Of a stretch of 43,785 bases of DNA, positions 26,240-35,100 are shown one piece after another. The DNA comes from a virus. Position numbers and translations under genes: made by a program. Where the stretch lies: positions 1 to 43,785 of IMG/VR virus record IMGVR_UViG_3300013426_000009. One strand, 5' to 3'. The notes beneath the pieces are model-generated. The model did not search any database, was not told the DNA's origin, and saw only the letters and a list, made by a program, of their open reading frames with translations. Within the stretch, counting starts at the first letter, position 1. Each line of letters starts with the position of its first letter.

Positions 26240-27576
26240 AGCGTGCGGCGCTCTATATCCGCGTATCGACCGAAGAGCAGGCGCGGCACGGCCTGTCCCT
26301 CGCCGACCAGCGCGCCGCCCTGGAAGCATACGCAAAGGCGCACTGCCTGTCCGTCGTCGGCGTTTACGAGGACGCGGGCATATCCGCGCGCAAGCCCTAC
26401 AAAAAGCGCCCCGCTCTGCTGCGTTTGCTTGCAGATGTCGAGGCGCAAAAGGTTGATATCGTTCTCTTTATCAAGCTCGACCGCTGGTTCCGCAATGTCG
26501 GGAACTACTATGCGGTGCAGGAAGTCCTTGACCGGCATAACGTCGTCTGGCAGGCCACCGAAGAGGACTACGAGACGCAGACCGCCGCAGGGCGCTTAAA
26601 GGTGAATATCATGCTTTCTGTCGCGCAGGATGAAGCCGACCGCACCAGCGAACGCATCAAATTTGTATTCGAGGGAAAACGCGAGCGGAACGAACCCCTT
26701 TGCGGCAGCGTCCCTATCGGGTATCAGATCGAGGGGAAACAGATGGTGAAAGACCCGAACACCGAAGCCGCTGTTTCCGCCTTTTTCCGCAAATACCTCG
26801 CTTGCGGATCCGTCTTTCAGGCGCAGGACCATGTGCGTCTGGAATACGGCCTGCCGCTGGAATATCAGCGCGCAAGCGACATGCTGGATAAGCCAACCTA
26901 TTACGGGCATTGCTTTGGGAAGGATGACTTCTGCCCCCCATACATCACAAAGCAGGAGTTTGACAAAATACAGTCGATGCGGAAGCGCGTCACGCGCCGC
27001 CCCATCAAAAACCGCGTCTATCTCTTCTCCGGCCTGATGCGCTGCGGGGAATGCGGCGGCAGTTTGGGCGGGCGCACCGAAACGACCGGCGGCGTCAAAT
27101 TCTACAACTGCCCGATCCGATACAACAGGCACGGAGCCTGCGGGAACAATAAGAACATTAGCGAAAAAAAGGTCGAGCGGTACTTGCTCGACACAGTAGA
27201 AGCGAAAATGGAAGCCCTCAAATACGAGATCGCGAGGCTCAAGGAAAGTCAGGCGGAAAAAGACTACTCCGCCGAGATACGAACCCTGAAAGCCAAAACC
27301 TCAAAGCTCAAGGACTTGTACCTGAACGATCTTATTTCTCTGGATGAGTATAAGGCCGACCGGCAAACCATGCTGGAAAAGATTGCCGATCTCGAGAAGA
27401 AGCAGGAACCCGTGAAGATCCCCGACTGCTCGGCAATTGAAAAGGCCCTTGTCACCGGCTGGAAGCCCTTATACGAGGAGCTTTCGCCGGAAAAGCGGCG
27501 CGAGTTTTGGCGCATCATCATCCGTGAAATCCGCTTCTACCCCGACCGCCACATCGAATACGATCTGGCCACTTAA
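26236..27576 (+). CDS. int: Large serine recombinase (integrase), 446 aa
   Basis: The resolvase catalytic domain reads AALYIRVSTEEQ...VYEDAGISA...IVLFIKLDRWFRN. A recombinase domain follows, then the zinc ribbon CGECGG...YNCP...HGAC and a C-terminal coiled coil. Confidence 0.9.
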   Translation: MKRAALYIRVSTEEQARHGLSLADQRAALEAYAKAHCLSVVGVYEDAGISARKPYKKRPALLRLLADVEAQKVDIVLFIKLDRWFRNVGNYYAVQEVLDRHNVVWQATEEDYETQTAAGRLKVNIMLSVAQDEADRTSERIKFVFEGKRERNEPLCGSVPIGYQIEGKQMVKDPNTEAAVSAFFRKYLACGSVFQAQDHVRLEYGLPLEYQRASDMLDKPTYYGHCFGKDDFCPPYITKQEFDKIQSMRKRVTRRPIKNRVYLFSGLMRCGECGGSLGGRTETTGGVKFYNCPIRYNRHGACGNNKNISEKKVERYLLDTVEAKMEALKYEIARLKESQAEKDYSAEIRTLKAKTSKLKDLYLNDLISLDEYKADRQTMLEKIADLEKKQEPVKIPDCSAIEKALVTGWKPLYEELSPEKRREFWRIIIREIRFYPDRHIEYDLAT

Positions 27577-27634
27577 TTTTTACCAAAAATATCTACACAA
27601 TTCATCCTCACCGGTCGGTAAACACAAATAATGT

Positions 27635-27667
27635 AAATACTCCCTGCCGCCACAGCAGGGAGTATTT
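27635..27667. terminator. Bidirectional terminator between the convergent integrase and endolysin genes
   Basis: AAATACTCCCTGC / 7-nt loop / GCAGGGAGTATTT, with T-rich flanks on both strands. Confidence 0.75.
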
Positions 27668-27675
27668 TATGCCGT

Positions 27676-28320
27676 TCACTTCATCGTCGCAAGCTTTCTG
27701 ATGAGATCGTCGCCGTACTTGTACGCCGCCAGATAGTCGAGCGTCGGGTCGAGCAGCCCCGCGCGCTTTTGCAGCTGCGCGCGGTAGTCCGGCCCCGTCA
27801 GCTTGCCGTGGAATTCGCTCTCCCACTTGCCCGCGTTCTCTCGGCCTACCCAGTACGCAGGGCAGAGCTTACCCGTCACGTCGAAATGCCGGATGACGTT
27901 GCTCGCGGGGATGCTGTACTTCTTCATCAGCGCCCGCGTCAGCTCGAGCGCCTGCGCGACGGTCTTCGCCCCCGGCGCGTACACGCCATTTTTCTTCTCG
28001 TCGCATAGCTCGATGCTGATGCTGTTGGCGTTCCTGCACTTTCCGTACAGCGTCCCGCCGCCGGTCTGCGCGCAGCTCGGGTACTTCTTGCCGCCGACCG
28101 CCCACGCGATGCGCAAATCGTCCACGCTCTGCACGATCTCCTTTTCGTCGACAAAGTAGTGCGCGCTGGTCTTCACGACGTTGCCCGCGTAATACTTCGC
28201 GTTGTTCATCGCTGTGTCGCCGTCGTTGCCGGTGTAGTGGATGACGATGTACTTGATCGCGCTTGCCGCGCGCGTGCCGCCGACGTTGCCCGCGTTGGCC
28301 GGATATTTGCGGATATCCAT
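27676..28320 (-). CDS. Endolysin, N-acetylmuramoyl-L-alanine amidase (Amidase_2/PGRP type), 214 aa
   Basis: ...IKYIVIHYTGNDGDTAMNNAKYY...SAHYFVDEKEIVQSV...AWAVGG...IELC...NVIRHFDVTGKLCP... RBS AAGGGAG. Confidence 0.9.
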   Translation of the reverse strand: MDIRKYPANAGNVGGTRAASAIKYIVIHYTGNDGDTAMNNAKYYAGNVVKTSAHYFVDEKEIVQSVDDLRIAWAVGGKKYPSCAQTGGGTLYGKCRNANSISIELCDEKKNGVYAPGAKTVAQALELTRALMKKYSIPASNVIRHFDVTGKLCPAYWVGRENAGKWESEFHGKLTGPDYRAQLQKRAGLLDPTLDYLAAYKYGDDLIRKLATMK

Positions 28321-28324
28321 GCCC

Positions 28325-28528
28325 TTATTCTCCCTTACTGTCGATCACGTCCTGCGCCTTCTGGCTCTGCGTGCCGAAGTAGAACGCGATCACCATCAGA
28401 TACACGGTGTTGAACTCCTGCGTCACCGCGCTGCGCACTGTCAGCACGCAGAAGGTCACCGTCAGCGCAAGCGTCACAAGGCTCTTGACGCTCAGCAGGT
28501 TTGCCAGTCTCTTATAAATCAGTTCCAT
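28325..28528 (-). CDS. Holin-like small membrane protein (67 aa, 2 TM)
   Basis: RBS AAAGGAG. It has two hydrophobic segments and a charged C-terminus, and lies immediately upstream of the endolysin. Confidence 0.7.
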   Translation of the reverse strand: MELIYKRLANLLSVKSLVTLALTVTFCVLTVRSAVTQEFNTVYLMVIAFYFGTQSQKAQDVIDSKGE

Positions 28529-28763
28529 TGCTTTTCTCCTTTCGTCCCGATAGTTTGTCCGCGATGGCGACGCCCGCCGTCATCACATCTACAATGCCGC
28601 CCACCCCCAGCACATAGGGGAACATGGAATCCCATTGCCACCCCTTGATGCTGTAGAATACGACGGTATACACGATGAACGCGCTCATAAACGCGGCGAC
28701 CGCGCATAGGATGCGGTTGCGCGTTTTGAGCTTCTTTGTGCGCTTCACGTCCTGACCTCCCAT
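28512..28763 (-). CDS. Holin-like small membrane protein (83 aa, 2 TM)
   Basis: It has a basic N-terminus and two TM segments. The alternative start GTG 28748 has the better RBS (GGGAGGTCAGGAC). Confidence 0.65.
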   Translation of the reverse strand: MGGQDVKRTKKLKTRNRILCAVAAFMSAFIVYTVVFYSIKGWQWDSMFPYVLGVGGIVDVMTAGVAIADKLSGRKEKSNGTDL

Positions 28764-29050
28764 CCGTCGATCTCGGACTTGATCTTGTCGATAAAGCTGT
28801 TGCCGCCGAGCATCTTATATCCCTTGTAGAGATACAGGAAGTCTTCCAACTCGTACTGGCGAATAAATTTGTCCTCTTTGTGCCGGTAGTACGTGTGCAG
28901 CATATCGTGCCGCAGCTGACATTTCATCGCGTCCGTCAGCTTGTCAAAGCCGAGGATCCTGTTGCGCAGCGGCTTGATCAGCAGCGCCAGCGCGCCGAGA
29001 ATGACCGTGATCTCAGAGCACACCGACGCGGCAGTTGCCAAGTCTATCAT
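28745..29050 (-). CDS. N-terminally membrane-anchored protein at the head of the lysis cassette (101 aa)
   Basis: The ORF track gives 28745..29110. I moved the start to ATG 29050, preceded by AAAGGAGCAGAAC. MIDLATAASVCSEITVILGALALLIKP... is followed by a soluble domain. Confidence 0.65.
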   Translation of the reverse strand: MIDLATAASVCSEITVILGALALLIKPLRNRILGFDKLTDAMKCQLRHDMLHTYYRHKEDKFIRQYELEDFLYLYKGYKMLGGNSFIDKIKSEIDGWEVRT

Positions 29051-29103
29051 GTTCTGCTCCTTTCTGCGGCCCTGCCCCGCTTTTATAGAGTTCTGTGTTA
29101 AGC

Positions 29104-29137
29104 CTATCATGCCGCCCTCGCAAATTCACCACGGGGC
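29104..29137 (-). promoter_or_regulatory. Copy 3 of the conserved bipartite late motif, upstream of the lysis cassette
   Basis: Minus strand reads GCCCCGTGGTGA-N16-TGATAG. On the plus strand this is CTATCA at 29104-29109 and TCACCACGG at 29126-29134. Confidence 0.45.
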
Positions 29138-29170
29138 AAAAAGAACCTGCCGGAATTCCCGACAGGTTCT
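29138..29170 (-). terminator. Intrinsic terminator after the 2,880-aa gene
   Basis: Minus strand reads AGAACCTGTCGG / GAATT / CCGGCAGGTTCT, followed by TTTT. Confidence 0.8.
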
Positions 29171-29175
29171 TTCTC

Positions 29176-32100
29176 TCACGCTGCTTTCTTTCGCATGATC
29201 GCAAGCTGCTCATCCACCCGCGCGCGGTTCCAGTGGCGGATGCTCTTCGGCACGTTCAGATATTCGTACATCGCCGTGCGCTGCTGCTCGTTGAGGCCCG
29301 AGCGGAACAGCATTTCCATGATCTGTAAGCCCTTGCTCAAGTCAATGGTCTCGCCGTCCTTGTCTTTCAGGCTCTCGCACTCGCTCGCCGCCGCCTTGCA
29401 GGCCGCGAACACGCCCGGGTCGATGCGGTACTGCTTCTGTGCCTCCTGCGCGTTCTGGATCCATTTCGTCGTGATCTCATACTGTCCGCCGGAGTTTTCT
29501 TTCAGCGCCATCGCCTCGGCGTAGCTCTCGACGTAGCCGAGCGCCTTGTCCTTGCCCTCGTCAGAAAGGCGGGAGAACGCGCCGCTGCCCGTCGCCTTGT
29601 CGGCCTGCGTGCGGTAGGTCTCGCCCTTCTGCGTCTCGTACTTGCTGTACGCGCTCGCGTTCAGGTCTGCCGCGCTGAATTTCTCCTCGTCCTCGCCGCT
29701 GTCGTAGGCGTACTTCCCCCGGATGCCCAGCAGATCAAGCGACTTCTGCGGAAGCGAATAGTTTTCTTTGCTCTCGGTTTTCTTCTTGTAGCGGGTTTTA
29801 AGGCTGCTTTGGATGCTCTCGCCGTCAAGGCCCATCTGCTCCATCAGGTCGCGGCGGATGTGCTCATAGGTCGTGTAATCGCCCTGTTCCAGCGCATCGT
29901 AGAGGATGGAGATAAACCGGCTCTTGTTGCCGCTGTTGGCAAGGTTATAGCTGAACTTCTCCACCTCGTACTGGAAGCCGAGACTGCCGCTCGCCTGCGC
30001 GATGGTCCGGATCGTTGCCATCACGTCGCGCTTGATGTTAGACACCGGCAGTCCAAAGACCTTACTCGCTTGGGCAAGCAGTGTGAGCGTCGCTTCCTTG
30101 TTGGTCTGTCTCCCGTCCCCTCCAATACTTTTGATGAAGACACTTGCAGCACTGAGGAGCCCTGCAATGCTCTCCATATCCGGGCGGGACACGTCATAGC
30201 CCTGCATGATTGACAGCGTATCCTTGACAACCGGAATTTTCGTTAAGGGGTTCAGGTTGCTGCCGACGTTGCCGTTCAGTACGATATTCGAGATCAGCTC
30301 TGTTGCGCTTTCTTCATCGCCCTCTACTCCTGTAAACGCGGTAAAGAATTTCTCCCAGTAGTCCTTATCGCGGTCATCGTCGCGAAGCGCATCAACGACG
30401 CTCTGTGCCAGCGCATTCACAACGTCCGTAACGACAAGCGCCGTCGCTGCGCGTCCGAGCGACTTTAATGCCTTGCTGCGCTTCGTCGGGTTCTCCTCGT
30501 AGCGGAACGCGTCGTAGCTGCGCATCAGCACGTTCAGCGTCATAATTGGTTCGCCCATGAAGGCCGTTGCCTGTTGAGAGAAATCTCCCTTGCCGCGCAT
30601 GATGTTACTGCGCTGCAAGATGCCGTCAACGACCTGCGTCTGGTCGATCATGTCGGAGAACACGTCGTTGACCGCGCTGTAAAATTCATTGCTGCCCGCG
30701 CGGACATCGGGCTTTTCGCGCTTCACCTGCCATTCGCAGGCGTTCCACAGCTTCCCCCACGTCACAGCGTCCGCTTTGCCAGCCGCCGCACCTGCGAGGT
30801 CATTCAGCTTGTTCGTCACGCCCTCCTTGCCGTAAAAGCGCTCTTTCAGCGTGTACGGCGACGAGATATCGAAGCTGCCGACGTCCTTGCGCATTGCGAT
30901 AGGCGAATGCTCAAGCGCTTTCTCCCAGCCGCTGCCCTTCGTCACGCCGCCGGTCATGCCCTTTGCCATGTCCTTCGGGTCGAGCACCGCCGCCGCACGG
31001 AAGAATGCCGTCGGCTGCTGGATGACGACGCGGATGTTCGCACCGACCGCTGCGCCCTTGAATTTACCGGTGTTTTTTGTCATGAAATCGCGGAACGGTT
31101 CAAAGTCTTTGACGCCGATACCGTTCTGAATGTCGCCCATCAGCTTTGTCCAGTACTGCTGTGCGCCCTTGCCGCCCTTTTCGTCGAGCAGGCCCTTGAC
31201 GCTCACGCCGGTTTTGTTGCCCGCGTCATTGCGGTACTGGAAGTTGAAGAAGCGGTTTGCATCCTCCATCGGCGCGAGCCATGCCGCGTAGTTGATCATA
31301 TCGGACGCGTGATCGGCAAACGTATCGAACACGCTGCGCAGCTCCACGGCGTTGTTCGCGTTCGGCGTCACCTGCTGTGCCATGCCGATGTTCTTGATGG
31401 AGCGCACATTGCCGCTGTCCTCTTCCTGCGTACTGTGCAGGCCCTCCGCCGCCGACCTGATGGGCCAGTAGTTTTTCTCGGTGAATTTGCGGTAGCCGTA
31501 GGCCTGCATGCTGGCATCGTTGCCGTACTTGGCAAGCGTCGTCGCGGTAAGCTCCTGCAAGCCGTCCGCCACGCGCTTCTGCTCGTCCGTCAGCTTGCCC
31601 GTGATGCGCTCGATGTCGCCCTCGGTCAAAAAGACCTGCCGCGTGCCGCGCTGCACCTTCGTCTTGCCGGTCTCCGCGCTCTTGATCTCCGGCTGAATGA
31701 CGCCGCCGCCGAGCAGATGTCCGAGCGCCTGCTTGCGCTTGCTCAAAAGGTACAGCTCCATGATCTGCGGCGTCGTCAGCGTCAGCTTGCCGCCGTTGGC
31801 AACGGTGATATCGTGCGTCTCCGCCTCCCATTTGCCGATGGCGCTGCCGCGTGCGTCGCGCAGCGCACCTTTCAGGTCGCCGTGGATGGCCTTGCCCGCA
31901 ACGTCCTTGAAGCCCGCCTCGCCCAGCTCGTCGCCAAGCACCTTCTGCGTCTTCTCGGCGATGTCTCGCGCCATGACCTCCTGCGAATCCTGCGCGTTGC
32001 GCAGCATCCGGTAGATGCTCTTGCCCGTCTCGCCGTAGTGCGCGAAGAACGTGTACGGCGTTTCCAGACTGATCGTCATATTGCCGCCGAGCTTCTGCCG

Positions 32101-35100
32101 CCGCGTGCTCACGTCGGTCTTGAAGCTGTCCGCCATCTGCTTTGTGGTCTCAAATTTGCTCTTGGAGAGCACCTTGCCAGCCGTCGAGACGGAGTGCTCC
32201 ACCGCACGGATGGTCTTCCACATCGTCCCGAGCTCTTCCCTCGTCAGCTCAGAGAGCCGCTTGTCCTCCATGCCGATGACCTGCTCAAGCAGGCCGTCCG
32301 AGCCATCAGTCCCAAGCAACGATGGGTCAACGACCATGTCGCCGCCCTCGTTGTCCTCCAAGATGGACTGATACTGCTTCTGCAATGCGCGGAACGCCTC
32401 GGTGCGCTTTGTCGGCGTGCCGCTGCCGTCATAGACACGCTTGCCGCTCTCATCCACGGTGTAGGCGCTCTCCTGATTGATGCTGTTCAGCACCGCCGCC
32501 ACCGCCGAACGCATATTCTCGGGGATGTGCTTCGTGTCCGTCGGGCGCAGCAGCTTCTTCGACAGGTCTTTCGCGTGCCGCGTGATCTTCGCGCGCAGCT
32601 CGCGGCGCTTCTGACCCTCGCGGCGCGTTGCGTCCTTTTCGCGGTAACGGTCTTTCAGCGCATCCAGCTTCTCCGCCTGCTGCGTGCGGGCTTTCTGCAA
32701 AGCCTCCTGCGTGTGCCGCAGCCTCGCCGTCTGCCGTTCGAGTTTCTTTTCCCCTGCGAGCTTTGCGTCCGCTGCGGCCTTGCGGCCCGCCGCCTTTGCC
32801 GCGACCAGCTTTTCCGCCTGCACGTCGGCGAAGGTCTTCTTCGCCTGCGGCAGGTCGAAGAACCGCTCCATGATGTCGTTGGAAATGGCGCTGACCGCCT
32901 GACCCATATAGCCCTCAAACGGGTTATATTCGCCCACGTTGTATAGCTCGTTCGCCACCTCGGCAATGCGGCTGATCTGGTCGCTCACGTTGTTCTCGCG
33001 CGTCTCGCTGAAAAACTCGGGGTAGCTCTCCGCCAGCTCGGAATACACCTGATCGACGTTCGTGCGCTCGCCCCTGCCAAGATTTACCTTGCCGAAAAGC
33101 CCTCGGCGGAAGTCGGCATAGTCCGTGATGCCCGCCGCATCCTCGGCAGAGAGTGTGATCTTCGTATCCTTGAGGAATTTGCGCAGCTCGCTGTACTCGC
33201 GGTATACCTCGTCGTCCTTTGCAATGGCGCTTTCGGCGATGCGCTCGGCAATGGAATCTGCGCGGCTTCTCGCCTCGGTATAGGTGAGTTCGCCGGTCTC
33301 GTCGCCGCCGCGCGCGATGTAGTCGTACAGGCTCGCAAGGTCGCCAGCGATCTCGCTGCTGTCGATCTCCGCGCTGTAATCCTTCACGAGCCTCTTTGCC
33401 GCCTGCTGGACGCTCCTGCTGTCGGTGCGCACGCCGTCTGAGCGGCGCGTCTGCCCCTTCCAGTAGTCCACGCGCTGGCGCAAGGTCTCGTTCTCGCGCT
33501 TGAGCGCCGCGAGCTCCTGCGCATTCTCCGTGCCCTTGAGGGAAAGAAACTGCGCAAGGCTCGATACCTGCGGCGTCGTTCCGTCTTCAAAATAGGCTTT
33601 GATATCGGCAAGCACCTTGTTTGCGTGTGTGCCGCGCGGATATTCCGTGCTCGATACCGTCTGCCCGTCAGGCGTATCAAGGTCAAGGATGACCTCGCCG
33701 CGATTGTGGCTGATGAAGTCGGAAAGGGAATCGAGTTGGTTCTTTGTCGGCATGACCGAAAGGTTGATACCGCCGCTTTCCGGCGAAATGCGGATATTGC
33801 CCTCGCTCATAAACTGGACCATGCTGCCGCTGTAATCGCTGCCGCCGTAGTCATCGCCAAGAGCGTCGCGAATATCTCGATGGTCGACCGTGCGATATCC
33901 GCCGGGGCCACCTTCGTGCCTGCCGGAGAAGTCGAGCTTTTTGCCGTTCGTCAGGATGTAGCCGGTCTCCGACCACTTATAGGTGTGCCCGAAATACTCG
34001 TCCGCGTCCTTGCGGTGCTGCTTCTTCTCTTCGTCGGTGTACTCTTTCAGCGAATAGCGCTTCTTGACATTCTCGCCATTTTGGGGTATACTACTTTTAG
34101 AGACGGATGCAGTGTTTCTGTTGGTTCCCGGTGACGGGTTCTCAGCTTTCACTGCATCGGTCTCTTTTTCTACGAAAGAGGTCGGCTGCAGGTTCAAAAT
34201 GTCGTACAGCAACATACTTCCGCTTTCTCGTGTGCCTACCACCACTTCCGCTGTGTAGTCATTCCCGCCCACACGCAGCAACACATTGCCTCTTGCGAAG
34301 TCTGCAATCTTGTCCTTGCGTGGATGGTTCAGCCCTTCGTTCACCCAGTTCGTCGTCGCGTGCAGAATTTCATCGGCATTGTTCGTGGCGCGGAGTTTGT
34401 CTTCCCGTAGCTGCGGGTCGTTATTGTAGAGCCACTGCATATACCGCGAGAATGTCATCTCTTGACGGCTCTGATAGTCAATATTGATCTCGTTGTTCCC
34501 CACGGTGATGCCGCTGGGGAATTTATTTTTCAAATTCGCTTTGACCGTCGACACCCAATCTTTCTGTGGGATGCCATCGAGAATATCTTCGTCGACTTCG
34601 ACAAAGGACTTGTTGTCCGTGGTTTTTTCAATGCTGTAGCTCTTTCCGCCGTCCGCGAACACCGTGTCCTCGTCGCCGATGTTCGGCTTGCGGCCCATGC
34701 GCTCGTCCGCCGTCAGGCCGCGCCGCGCCGCAGCGTCCCGCGCCTCGATCTCGCCCGCCGTATTATGGTAGAGATCATAAGCGTTCATCTCTTCGCCGCG
34801 GTCGCTGAGCCATTCGAATTCTGCCATATCAAGCTGCGACCACAAATCAGCGTACTCGCTGTCGTACAGCTCGTCGACGACAGCCTCCGCCGCATCGTAG
34901 TCACCGTCCAGCCTGGCTCGGTTGATCCTGCGCACCTTGTCCTTGAATTCTTCCGGCGCGCTGTCGAAGATGCGATGATATTCTTTCCTTGCACGCTCAA
35001 TGCGTCCGTCGTTCTTCCGGCGCGAATAGCCGCCTTGTATCATCTCGTCCCAGTATACAGGGCTTGTCCCTCTCGCGAATCCCTCCCGCTCCTGAATAGC

